Part shown: positions 35,496-48,506 of the stretch, piece by piece
Position numbering within the stretch: the stretch's first letter is position 1
How the letters are laid out: every line of letters begins with the position of its first letter
Origin: Eukaryota sp. GEM-RC1
Lineage: Eukaryota
Assembly: GCA_040285855.1 (NCBI GenBank)
Contig: JAUFOQ010000005.1
Span: forward strand, 2,170,001 to 2,234,000
DNA: 64,000 nucleotides
Reading direction: 5' to 3'
Translations under genes and position numbers: made by a program
The notes under the pieces: model-generated
Databases searched by the model: none
The model's input: the letters and a program-made list of their open reading frames with translations, nothing else
Told to the model about the DNA's origin: nothing

Positions 35496-38400
35496 ATGAA
35501 TCTCCCATTTAAGACCATTTGTTCCTCAGATGAACTGACTGATTACCCTCTTCTAACATTACACTGCCAACAGTAATTATTGGTGTTGATTAATTGTCAC
35601 TTGTTGAGTCATCACTTGAAGTCTTCTCTAGTAGTCTTCTCTTGTAGTCAAAAAATCATCAAAACTATCGTCAACATTCTCTCTGTCGTTTGGGAAACAA
35701 ACTTGTTGGATTTATTAAAAAGTTTGGCTTTGTAAGTCAACTATTGTTTGATTCTTCATTGACAGCAGTGCAACTGTTTCTTGGAACAACTACTATTCCC
35801 GTTTTCCCAAAAGACATTGTTCTACTTTCTGCAATGACTTCATTCTTTAAAGCAAAGGTTTATTCTGTTTACCTGATTGTAAATGACTTTCTTGTAGATA
35901 AAGATATTATTGAGTTTACTACTAATATAACTCATTTAACATCAGTAGTTCTTCTTTTGTACATTACTTACTTAACCATTCGTCTTCTCTTTTCCTTCCA
36001 CGTCTGCGAGTTCTTGACATTCCCAGGAAGTCATCTTTTCAGGGAGATACTTTTACTGCACTTTGTAAGTCTTTAATGGGTAATAGAACAATTTTAGAGT
36101 TAAATCTTGGTCTGCACTCACTTACTTCTACTGAAGCTGCCTCGCTGGCAGAGGTGTTTTATTCTAACAACACCCTGAGAACAATTTCATTTAGCTCTGA
36201 CTACTCAATTAATAATAAAGTATCTTTGATTCTATTTACCGCAATTTCAAATAATTCAAATATTTCAAAAATTCATTTGAATAATCTTCGAATCCAGTGT
36301 TCAAGCGATCTTATTCCACTTTTCAAAAGTTTAAGTCTTAGAAGTATTACTCTTCCTGGTGGTTGTCTTGATTCTGCTTTATTCAATGGACTTGAGAACA
36401 ACTCATCTATTAGAGAACTTTCTGTTAAGTTCGCTTACTTTAAGGGTGAAGACCTTGGGAAAGTGTTAAAATTCAACACTGCTTTAAGAAAACTTGAATT
36501 AATATTCTGTAATGTTGAACTCTCAACAATTTTTAAATCTCTTATATCTAATACTTCACTACTAGAGTTGTCAATTGTTTTACCTGATGTCAGATCAATG
36601 ACCAGACAGTTAAGTTGTTATTAGAAATGGTCCAACACAATATTTCCTTGTGCTTAGTCTCCAAGATTTACGGGTTGAACTAAATCAGTTTAAACACATT
36701 CTGAAATCTCTCGAATTGAATTCTGTACTGAAGAAAGTCTGTTTTCACTCCTTAAATTTAAAATTTCTACTCTCCTTGTTTGAACCAATGTTTAGTGAAA
36801 AGGTACGATCTCGGATTGATCTGACTCCTAATTTAATTGATATTCACAGGGGCGTGTTTTATTTCTCACCAAGTCCACCAAATTATTCAGTAACTCACAT
36901 ATACATTTGTTCTCGAATAACTGCTACCGAACATTCGTTATTACAGTCGATTTTACAGTGTTTTACCATCACAGAACTTTTTTTTAAAAGGATGTAGTTT
37001 TACTCACGAATCAATCCCCGTTTTATGTCATTTAATAAGGAATAATAACTGCTTGACTTCTGTTGACTTCAGTGATTGTAGTCTAGATGATGACGTGATC
37101 TTATGTATCCTCAATGCATGTCAGTCCAATTGTTATTTGAAAAGGATCAATCTAAGCAATACCAACATTGGTCTCAAAAGTCTTTTACATATCTTTAATT
37201 TGATTCCTACTCACAAATTAACCCTTAATATTCATGTTTCTCCGTATACGATTGAAACTGATAAAGGTTTGTTCTGTTTTTCTCCTGAAAGTTCTTTCAA
37301 TGTTCGTTCACGATCACTATTGAGGAAATCTAATCTAAAACTTCTTTTGAAGTGTAGTTCTATCGAAGAGCTGGCAATTAAGAGTTGTATCTTTTTGATA
37401 GAACAATCCCTGTTATTTGTGATTTAATTAGGGTCAATAAGTCATTGACTTCTGTCAGCTTCAGTGACTGTGGATTAAATCATCTAGATTTCTGTCGCTT
37501 TAGTTATTTTACCGATGTTGTTTTCTCAGACTTACTCAAAGCCCTACATTCTCTTTCTTTTCTAAACAACAATAATTTCAACAATTTTCACATCGGATTT
37601 ATGAGTCTTTTAGCTCTTTTTAAGCTATTTTCCACTAGAACACTCATTCCAACAATTCAAGTTTCTCCTCATTTTATTGATATTGAAAATAGTGTTTTAC
37701 GATTTCTACCAGAAAGAGCTACGGAAATCCAATCTTCAGAAGTTTTAGCTTTACAGTCTTTGCTGACGTGTTTCAGTATCAAAGATCTTGCTATTAGAGG
37801 GTGTTCATTTATTTACGAAGACATGGTTGGATTGTATGATTCAGTCAGCATCAATCAGGAATTGACTTCTGTTGACTTCAGTGATTGATTTAGTTTGATT
37901 GTTCAAAACATAATGGTCCTTTTAGAAACAGTTGTACTCCCACATTGGATGACACTTTTTCAAACTTAATCAAATCGTTGTGTAACTCTTCTTTGAACGC
38001 GGTTAGCTTTCGAAATTGTTCCATTGGAATCAACACTCTTTTGTCTGTTTATGAAACAAAAGTGATGACGTCATCAGTCAGCAAACCCACAACTATTGAT
38101 GTTTTCCCTCATTTTGTTGATTTTTCACTTGCACTTATTCGTTATCAGAATGAGATTGAAAATCAGGAAATAATTTCACTTTTAAATTCGTTAAGGTCAA
38201 ACCTTCCTCTTAAACGTGTTGATTGCCTTGGATTGAAAAGTTCAAGACTAGCAGGACTAATCACCTTATTTGAAATTCTTTCTATCAACAATTCAGTGAT
38301 CGATCTTGATATTTCTCCTTCTTTTGTTGGTGTTGACAATGGCTTGTTTTGTTATTCACCAGAGAGTTTTACTCAATTAACAACTGACGATGTTGTATCT

Positions 38401-38577
38401 CTGCGGTGTTTTTTGACGTCCTTTAAAATCCAAGAGCTTATTTTAAAAAACTGCGGGTTTACGGGCGAAGCAATCAAAGTTTTGAATGACTTTATCAAGC
38501 TCGATAGTCCATTGACTTCTCTTGACCTCAATGAATGTGATCTATCTGAGGATGTTTTTAGAGCACTTGGTAAGTAA
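35496..38577 (+). pseudogene. Large divergent LRR gene, multiply disrupted
   Basis: Consecutive ORFs with LTSVDFSDC, LRKLELIFC and SP..ID...G.F.FSP repeats. The N-terminal region (FGFVSQLLFDSSLTAV) resembles the 28-aa LRR family N-domain. Most breaks are shared with the inverted copy. Confidence 0.7.
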
Positions 38578-39034
38578 GTTATAGATTGATTAATTGAATT
38601 CTTTCAATCATTATTTCTGATTTTATAATGATTAGTTTTAAGTTCCAACTTTCTTTTTATTGTGATCTAATACCAGAAATACATCAAGTGTAAGGACAGT
38701 TTCTGATAGTGTTGCTAATTAGATATCTACACAAAAGTTATGTATAGTGATATGTTGCCCTATTAACAATCATTGCATATATTCCTATTCAAACTGTTGT
38801 TTTTATTACATTCCTTCCTCTTCAAACACATTAGACTCCTACTTAGCCTTACAGAATACTTATTTAAACAGATGCTATCAAGTTTATCCATTTGAAGTCC
38901 ACTTGAAAAGGAACAACATTTGTCTTTACTGGAATTGTGGTTTAAAACAACAACAAGAGACATCATGAGAGACGTCAACACATGCAACACCACCTTGACT
39001 TAACCCAAAGAACTTTATCTTCCCATTTAAATTT

Positions 39035-41285
39035 GGGATTTATGCAGATTTCATCACTAATATACATTAATTGCATTTTTCATCTAATATTACTTTATTT
39101 TGCAATCATTGTTTCAACTCATAAAACCTATTTCGTTGGACAGTTTCTCCTGTCATGACCAACTTGGTCACAATTTCTACACTTACGTTGTCGTGGTCTT
39201 GGTGCTGAACCATCTACTACTGTTGGTATCATACTGCTGGCACCTTGCTGCAACACAATCCACTCTGGGCAGTTTCTTCTGTCGTGCCTAATAATTCTAC
39301 AATGACCACATCTACGTGGGGAGAGAGGCATTGCTTCCTGATTCTCTTCCGTTGCTGCTGCGTCAGGTTCTACTTCTTCACTGTCGCTACTCGCATCCTT
39401 CTCATCGAATCTCTTTTGATTAAAGCGTTTAGTACGTGAGTACTTGTCCTTACGTGAAATTGGCGGACGACCTGGCATTACTGTATCTAAAGGAGGAAAC
39501 ACATCACTTTCTAGTTCTTCGATATTCCTTCTATAGTCGATTGGATAAAATTCGCCATCATACGTCTTCTTAAAATTAGTAACTAAATAATAGGGAGACA
39601 CTAAAGATCTGCGGTGAATTCTAACACGTCTCGAAACTGACATTACGTGAATACATGGCACATCATGTTGTTTCCAGAATCCGCAACTGCACGTTTTGTA
39701 CTTCAGATCCACAGAAAACACAAATTCGTTTTCTCTCACGGAATACAAATTGTCGGAGAACGTGGTTACTTCTAAACTGCGAGCTCTCAATATCGACGGC
39801 AACAAATACTCTTCAACATCATCAACGAATTCTCCATGCATCTTCATTGATTCATCTTTTCTTCTTCTGAACAAATGAGTCATTGCTTCAAAGATACCGT
39901 TAACCATTGAAGTCACTGGCAAAGAGCGAACTGGAAGAAGCCATGCATTTAAGGATTCAATGATATTGGAGGTGAGTTGTCCATATCTATTCCCTTCAAA
40001 GTGTACTGTCGACCAAGATTCTTTCGGAGCTGACTCTTCCAAATAAGTATAACCCACTGGGCACTGGATTTGAAGGAGCTGCCAATAGCGGTCAAATTCG
40101 TTTAACGTACTCGCTCTTGCACATTTCCAAAACAATTTCATTGCTTTCTTTCCACCTCTGGACGAGAGATTGTCACTGAGATGTTTACAGCACACAGAGT
40201 GGTAGGTTTCGTCACCAAAAACTTCGACCAGCGTACGGGATATGGCTGGATTTCTGTCACTAATAAATACTGTTTTGTCGTTGATTGCAAAATTGTCATT
40301 CAAATTCTCCAAAAAGCTTCTCCAATTTATTACATTTTCCGTTCGAGTAATTTCAAAAGCTATAGGAAAGAAATGTCCGTTGGCATCAATGCCAGCAGCA
40401 GCCAACAATATTCCCTTGTATTTGGACCTCAGATGAGTTCCATCTATCACGATAACAGGCCTTAAAAACTCAAATCCTTTCACAAGAGGTTGAAAAGTAA
40501 AGAAAAAGCGCTCAAATGTGCCATCAGGTGCAACATTCAGCTTAAAAGGAGAGTCAGGATTAGTGGAGTTGAGACTTTGGAAAAGGGTTCCAGAAAGGTG
40601 TATGAGGTATCTAAAGAACCATAAAGTAGTTCGTTAGTGGCCTCTAGAGCTCGACAGGCTTTACTCGGACTTATATCAATAAAGTACTTGGTTTTCAGCT
40701 TCCTAGCAAATACAGATGGACTGGTAATCTTTCCACCTCTTACTTCTTCTGCCATTAAAATGGCACAGATTTGTTTAGGCAAGGTCGTAAAACATAAGGA
40801 TTGGCAGGAAGCAATGTGATCGACAAACTTTCTTATTTCCCATTCGTGGGTGTCTGTGTCCTGAAAACAGTGGATGTAACAGGGACAAGGTGTAGAGGAG
40901 CCACATCGTATATCCCAACGGTTCTGGTTTTTCTGAGTTATGTCGAAGCTTTTATCACTCGAAAGGAACCAAGAGTAAACATCATGCTGCAAGTGTTGGA
41001 TGTTTGTATAAGAATGACCTTGTTGAAGAGTTGTATTAGTTGTAGTCATTAGTAAAAGAGTATTGATGTTAAATGAATTGTTATTTACTTATGTGATGTA
41101 AATTGACGATTTCCCTAGGTTTTATGAGTTGAAACAATGATTGCAAAATAAAGTAATATTAGATGAAAAATGCAATTAATGTATATTAGTGATGAAATCT
41201 GCATAAATCCCTAATGTATATTAGTGATGAAATCTGCATAAATCCCATTGTTATTTACTTATGTGATGTAAATTGACGATTTCCC
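39035..41285 (-). mobile_element. MULE/MuDR-type transposon copy 1 (39035-41115) plus stacked terminal fragments
   Basis: GGG...CCC imperfect TIRs. 9-bp TSD TTTAAATTT at 39026-39034 and 41286-41294. Confidence 0.92.
39128..41049 (-). CDS. MULE transposase (~640 aa; 1-bp slip at A-run near 40581)
   Basis: IVIDGTH, FISDRN, CCKH, TSNIIES (DDE core), SWIM finger CSCGFWKQHDVPCIH, and two CX2CX3HX4C knuckles. Confidence 0.92.
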
Positions 41286-41315
41286 TTTAAATTTTGGATT
41301 CCCACGATATCCAAC

Positions 41316-43541
41316 ATGCACCTGTTTCTACTCTTTATAGGCTTGATATGCTCTGTTTCATCCAACGTTGCTGATATTGAGTCTGAAACACCGTCTATCC
41401 CTCATGTTACGATTACATCGGATCCCACCGATATCGTATCTCAACTCCTTCTTAATAAGCGAAGTCAAGTTCTCACGGACAAGCTCATTGTATTCCACGA
41501 TCACAATTATCCTTGTCATTCTGCTTTCCTCTCCTCCTTCAGTTCAGTTCTGAGAGAGAAACTCTTGGAAGCCGATTCTGAAGTAAACTTCCCTGAACGA
41601 GACTCTATCATTCCCAATGCCGCTCTTCTCTTCCAAATCCTCGATTACTGCTATGGAGAACCCTTCGAGCTCACGCTTAATAACATGGGCATCGTGCTTA
41701 CCTTGTGTTCCTCCCTGCAGCTCCCCTCCTTAGCAAATCCCATCCATAAGATTATTTCTGAAGGATTTTCTAAGCCAGTTAGCCTTCAGTTGAAACCCGC
41801 AGAAGTTGTCCAACAACTCTACTCAAGTGTACAACGTGACGTGGTGATGAATTACAAGGAAAAGTCTTTCGCTATAAGCTCTCTGACGTTGATTTCAGTT
41901 TCAGAATATTTTAAAAATCTGTTACCTTTGAATTTCTCTCATTCTGAAGAAATGATTTTTGCATATGATCAAGAATTTCCCGATGTTTCAGCTCCAAATT
42001 TTGAAATCTTTGTCAATTATTTCCACGGGAAGTCGTTTGTTCTTGATGTTGATAACGTTATTGATTTTTATCAATTGACAGTCTTTTTTCAAGTAGAAAA
42101 AGTTAAACAAGCTTGTAATTCATTTGTTTCTACGCTTTCTTCTGCTGAAGATATTCTCTTTTGCTCAAAACTATTTCGGAACGGAACATTTTAAATTTTT
42201 TAGAAGAAAATTTTGAAACTTTTGTCCGACTTAAAAACAGTTCCAACCATGATTCTGTTTTTCCTTTACCTCTTCCTTTTATTTCACTTTTGATTGAAGA
42301 AGTTCAAACTTCTTGGTTGTTGAAATGTTTAACTTTGTCTGTCAATTCCGATGTTTTCAAAAATGATTACTCTACGTTAACTCAAATATTTGAAAAATGA
42401 TTGTCACAGATCAAAATATTCATGATACTTACATTTGTCTACAACCTTTATTTAATCAACAGTATCTACATGAATTTCTTTTAAGCTGGACAATGAAAAA
42501 AGCTTTTCCAGGGATTACTGATGTTACTACAATTCCTGATGAATGGTTTTTAGGTGGGTTATCTCAATGGTGTTTTTACGAGTGGGAGAAGAAAATTTTA
42601 AATATTGACTTCTTTGTTCAGAATTTCTCACTTGTCATTGATGAAAAGATTTGATGGCTATTGAAAATTATCCTTTTCTTACACCTGAAATTCTCAAAAA
42701 TTTAAAATCCATTCTACCTCCGTCGTATGACTTATTTCTAGTTAAATGTTTGGTTAAATCATGGAAGAACACAAAACTGTGGACTGTTGAAGATTTTGAG
42801 GACGTGTTTTTTAATTATGATTTTCAGTCTGGGGGAGATGGTGTTGAAATTTTAAATATTCTTTCAAACCTTTTGACTGACTCACGACTTACCAATCGAC
42901 TTACTGTCAATTTATTGAACCATTCTTTGGGTGCTCTTAATTATCACCACAAAGAATTAAAAGCAATGAAGCAACAAAACGTCATTTTAACTAACGAAGT
43001 CAAGTTATTAAAAGAATCTATTCTACCTTGGCTTAAAAGACTGCAAGAAAGAGAGGAAGAACGTCTACAGTTTGAAGCTAGTATTGGTACTTTTAATCCT
43101 GATAATTGTTGCTCGTGTTTAACGTTGTTTGAAAACAATCATGTTGTTAAAACAGAACGTTATAATAATGGTCACAACAGTTTTGTAGAAGTTAATCTTC
43201 CCGACAATCATTCAGTTAAATTTACTAGATTGGATGACATTGATGACGGTCATACTGATTCAATTGGTTGGAAAGATAGCAGCGGTCTTTCAAACAATGT
43301 TATGGCTTTCCCTGGACTTTTTACTAGAGGTGATGGTAGTAGAGGATCTTTCACACCTCCAAGGCCAAAGTTTCCTCCAATTACTAAAGGAGAATCAGTT
43401 GTGGTAAGTTTTGCTTATGGTAAGGCACACTTTAAACCGTCTACTTGTACAACTACTTTTAGTGTCGAAATACCTACTAATTTAATTTTTGGAATGTCCA
43501 TTCCTTGGGAAAATCATGAATGGAAAGTAGAACGTGTTTGA
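41316..43541 (+). CDS. Signal-peptide-like + tandem BTB/POZ-like protein, paralog B (frameshifts at homopolymers)
   Basis: Highly similar to paralog A up to NYHHKELK, then carries a distinct but homologous C-terminal domain. Confidence 0.72.
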
Positions 43542-43755
43542 TTAGATTGAATACTTATTGTAAAATTTAAGTCGGGTTTTTTCAAGATAGCTACTCAAAT
43601 AAATCACATTTGTCAATCAAATCTAAAAAACGTTAAACATTGAAAAACGGTATTGATGAAATGCACTGTGATCGGAAATGGAAAAACATTGAACGATTTT
43701 ACCAAATGATCAGGTACTTCTCGTTTTTGTTATACAAAAGGTGGTTATTCACAGA

Positions 43756-43842
43756 AGTGTGGTTACGCTAGTATTTTTGAAAAAACTATTATTTTTAAAT
43801 AATTTAATTTAAATTTTTGAAAAAAACTAGCGTAACCACACT
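43756..43842. repeat. Perfect 17-bp inverted repeat around an AT-rich spacer (possible micro-MITE)
   Basis: AGTGTGGTTACGCTAGT (43756-43772) and ACTAGCGTAACCACACT (43826-43842). Confidence 0.75.
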
Positions 43843-45678
43843 GGTGAAATGATGTTGTTCAAATCTTACTACCATCAATCTGTCAGGAAATTGTATCAGT
43901 AATGAAGGTGCGTTAGAATTGATGGAATTTTTATAATTTGAATGTTCAATTGCAACGGTTAATCTTCAAAGTAATCATTTTGATTCTGGAAACAATGGAA
44001 TTTATTAGAAAATTCTCATTGAATAGGATATTTGTTTAATACAATATGTTCTTAGATTGGCTTTTTCAATCATCATTTTCGATCATCGAATATACAACCT
44101 TATACTTGTGGATTTGATTCGATTAATTAATGATACAGTAAAACTCTATACCACTAAATTTGTTCCAAAACTAGCCAATGTTGGATTTATTTGACTCTAT
44201 TCCAAAGTTGGTCAATCAAAATTTCTTTGATGGGTTATCTTCATTGGTTTCAACAACATGCGATAACCATATTATACTTTGAGCATTACAACACACGGAA
44301 AATTAGTCAAGTTTTCACTGGTGAAACTAGGTTCTAGCATTACAGTATTCTTGAAGTACAGTTTTTGTATTTTAATAAAAAATTATTTAAATAGGTTACT
44401 TTTTATCCAAACAAAGTGTACTTAAGTGTAAATGAAATCACAAAACTTCTTTAATACAATATGTTCTTAGATTGGTTTTTTTAACTTATAAGTGAGAATT
44501 TTTCAAGAAAGTTTTTGAAAAGATCAGAGATCAATCAGAACATCACCATAATTTAACTTTAAAAGAAGAGAACTGATAATTAATATAATTTATTCAAAGA
44601 TTGAAAAGAATCAGAATAAAACAAAACTAAATAATGTACTTACTTAAACCAAGGAATGACATTCCTGTCCTTAGGGAAGTACCCATCGTCAGACAAGAAA
44701 ACTTCATCGTCCTTCAAAGGTCTAAGGGCATAGAGACCAACCAGCTTTTCCCCGTTCACAAACAAATCAAAATATATCAAAATTGGTACCAGTCAAAAAT
44801 TCTAAAAATATTAATAATTCTAAAAGTGTGAATAATTCCAGTAAATCGTCGTTCAATGATCAATTGTCGTACATGTGGTTATGCCATCACCTTTTTCAAG
44901 GAAAACGTCACCACCTTTTTTCAAGGTGCTAGCATAAACACACTCACTGAATCAAGCAAAAATGTTCCTAGAGTGTCTTGAAAATATACTTTGTCAAAGT
45001 ATTAACTCCAATTGTACTCTTTTGGTAATATGTTTAACCTTTAAATAACTTTAACTTTGCCTTTTTAAAGACGGTACGGTATAGCACGCGACCAGGTAAA
45101 AAACGAAGACAGTAACTTAACACAACCGTATTATCTAATCCTTTCCTGATTTTGATTTTGAATATTTTCAAACATAGATTCCCCATTATAATCCATAAAC
45201 GGACGGTTCAAGACAAATTTTAATTATTGTAAAATAAAATCTATCATTTGCTAACAAGAACCCAGACACGTTGTTCATTTTAAGAAATTGCATATGGTGA
45301 TCTCACTCCACAAACTTACTGTGAATATTGTGTCACTCTCAACCAAGAACTCAACACTGACTGTTAAATCGATTTGGATGTGAAGGTCACGTTGAATCGG
45401 TACATTATTGAGATATTCAATGATGTGACACGTCATCAAAAAGCACAATTCGTTACGATAAAGTCGGTCAATGATATACACTAGCATTTATTAAATGCAA
45501 CAACATGTCATTTTGAGGACAAGCATCAGAATGTCTGCAGGAATGATTCATGATGAAAGCAATAGATTCACCACCAATACTGATCTTCCGGAGATTTCGA
45601 ATGGTTCATGGTGTTAATATCAAGTTGAGGATAAAAGACAGTTGGACGTTTGAAAAGAAGACATTTCTTGATTCATCA

Positions 45679-46600
45679 ATGACTACACCACGTCCTAAAC
45701 ATTTGTTGAAAAGGAGTCGCTCATCCCTTCCAAGCTTCTCCTCCGTGATGTCTAACTGTGACGAACTGTCTGTATTGCCTTCAACCACAGATTCTCCCTC
45801 TAAACGTGTCCATGTTCAGCAGACTTTGTTGATTCTGATCCATCTCCACTTGCTTAGACGTTTTCTCAAGGATACTCTTGAAAACAATCACGATCGAACT
45901 AAGCATCAACTATCTGCTTTGAAAAGAACATTATCTGCATTCTTTGGACAAGTTGGCTATGTAAGTAATCACTTCCTTGATTCTTCATTCCAAGCAGTTA
46001 AAGTGTTTTTTCAATTACACACCTTTCATGCTGATCTTGAACACCTTCATAAACTAATTCCACTTGCTTCTTTCTTTGGAGCAGATCTACAATCTGTTTT
46101 CTTGCACCCTGCTGGAAATTTAGAAATTGAGAAGTTTCTTAATTATTCTGGTATAATTACAGGATTGAGAATCGAACTAAGGGAACCCTCTGATTTAGAG
46201 TTTCTAAACAATTCTTCTTCTTTATTTCCACGTCTTAAGCAACTAGAATTAAAAGTAACGAGACGAAACGCCTCTGTTTCTATGTTATTGATTGAAGCGT
46301 TGAAAACCAATACTACGGTTACAAGTGTTAATCTAGGTAGCAACTCTATTGGAGATGTAGGTGCCAGAGCTTTGGCAGAGGCGTTAATAGTTAATTCTTG
46401 TGTAACAAGTGTTGGTCTTCAATCTAACTCTATTGGAGATGAAGGTGCCAGAGCTTTGGCAGAGGCGTTAATAGTTAATTCTTGTGTAACAAGTGTTGGT
46501 CTTCAATCTAACTCTATTGGAGATGAAGGTGTCAGAGCTTTGGCAGATGCGTTGAAAGTTAATGCTTCAGTTACAAGTGTTGATTTGAGTTTAAACTCTA
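45679..46600 (+). pseudogene. 28-aa LRR family member 6, truncated in repeat 4 by a MULE end
   Basis: MTTPRPKH start. The frame ...VDLSLNS runs directly into GGGAAATCGTC at 46601. Confidence 0.85.
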
Positions 46601-48506
46601 GGGAAATCGTCAATTTACATCACATAAGTAAATAACAATTCATTTAACATCAATACTCTTTTACTAATGACTACAACTAATACAACTCTTAAACAAGGTC
46701 ATTCTTATACAAACATCCAACACTTGCAGCATGATGTTTACTCTTGGTTCCTTTCGAGTGATAAAAGCTTCGACATAACTCAGAAAAACCAGAACCGTTG
46801 GGATATACGATGTGGCTCCTCTACACCTTGTCCCTGTTACATCCACTGTTTTCAGGACACAGACACCCTCGAATGGGAAATAAGAAAGTTTGTCGATCAC
46901 ATTGCTTCCTGCCAATCCTTATGTTTTACGACCTTGCCTAAACAAATCTGTGCCATTTTAATGGCAGAAGAAGTAAGAGGTGGAAAGATTACCAGTCCAT
47001 CTGTATTTGCTAGGAAGCTGAAAACCAAGTACTTTATTGATATAAGTCCGAGTAAAGCCTGTCGAGCTCTAGAGGCCACTAACGAACTACTTTATGGTTC
47101 TTTAGATACCTCATACACCTTTCTGGAACCCTTTTTCCAAAGTCTCAACTCCACTAATCCTGACTCTCCTTTTAAGCTGAATGTTGCACCTGATGGCACA
47201 TTTGAGCGCTTTTTCTTTACTTTTCAACCTCTTGTGAAAGGATTTGAGTTTTTAAGGCCTGTTATCGTGATAGATGGAACTCATCTGAGGTCCAAATACA
47301 AGGGAACATTGTTGGCTGCTGCTGGCATTGATACCAACGGACATTTCTTTCCTATAGCTTTTGAAATTACTCGAACGGAAAATGTAATAAATTGGAGAAG
47401 CTTTTTGGAGAATTTGAATGACAATTTTGCAATCAACGACAAAACAGTATTTATTAGTGACAGAAATCCAGCCATATCCCGTACGCTGGTCGAAGTTTTT
47501 GGTGAAGAAACCTACCACTCTGTGTGCTGTAAACATCTCAGTGACAATCTCTCGTCCAGAGGTGGAAAGAAAGCAATGAAATTGTTTTGGAAATGTGCAA
47601 GAGCGAGTACGTTAAACGAATTTGACCGCTATTGGCAGCTCCTTCAAATCCAGTGCCCAGTGGGTTATACTTATTTGGAAGAGTCAGCTCCGAAAGAATC
47701 TTGGTCGACAGTACACTTTGAAGGGAATAGATATGGACAACTCACCTCCAATATCATTGAATCCTTAAATGCATGGCTTCTTCCAGTTCGCTCTTTGCCA
47801 GTGACTTCAATGGTTAACGGTATCTTTGAAGCAATGACACATTTGTTCAGAAGAAGAAAAGATGAATCAATGAAGATGCATGGAGAATTCGTTGATGATG
47901 TTGAAGAGTATTTGTTGCCGTCCGACAATTTGTATTCCGTGAGAGAAAACGAATTTGTGTTTTCTGTGGATCTGAAGTACAAAACGTGCAGTTGCGGATT
48001 CTGGAAACAACATGATGTGCCATGTATTCACGTAATGTCAGTTTCGAGACGTGTTAGAATTCACCCCAGATCTTTAGTGTCTCCCTATTATTTAGTTACT
48101 AATTTTAAGAAGACGTATGATGGCGAATTTTATCCAATCGACTATAGAAGGAATATCGAAGAACTAGAAAGTGATGTGTTTCTCCTTTAGATACAGTAAT
48201 GCCAGGTCGTCCGCCAATTTCACGTAAGGACAAGTACTCACGTACTAAACGCTTTAATCAAAGAGATTCGATGAGAAGGATGCGAGTAGCGACGGTGAAG
48301 AAGTAGAACCTGACGCAGCAGCAACGGAAGAGAATCGAAATGTCTCACGTAGATGTGGTCATTGTAGAATTATTGGGCACGACAGGAAACTGCCCAGAGT
48401 GGATTGCATAGTAGATGGTTCAGCACCAAGACCACGACAACGTAAGTGTAGAAATTGTGACCAAGTTGGTCATGACAGAAGAAACTGTCCAACGAAATAG
48501 GTTTTA
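46601..48506 (+). mobile_element. MULE copy 2 (ends at internal 9-mer TAGGTTTTA; 39-bp in-frame deletion, degraded 3' part)
   Basis: ORF 46667-48190 (LPS|DNLY deletion). Joined tail-to-tail to copy 3. Confidence 0.9.

Larger units (their letters stand above)
35431..41115. repeat. Left arm of ~5.7-kb inverted segmental duplication (partner 56654-62508)
   Basis: Starts TCTTGATGGTAGTTCC; the partner ends GGAACTACCATCAAGA. The ORF translations of the two arms are almost identical. Confidence 0.92.

Noticed and set aside
35940..37950. Tiny introns or stop-codon recoding explaining the broken LRR and BTB frames
   Set aside because: I could not identify consistent GT-AG pairs at the breaks. Other long ORFs read through with the standard code, and most BTB and TEL2 breaks fall in homopolymers.
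40575..40590. Possible programmed -1 frameshift in the MULE transposase (EPFS vs EPFFQ)
   Set aside because: Copies 2 and 3 have the in-frame 5-T run and copy 6 has 3, and there is no in-frame X XXY YYZ heptamer. Homopolymer error or mutation is more likely.
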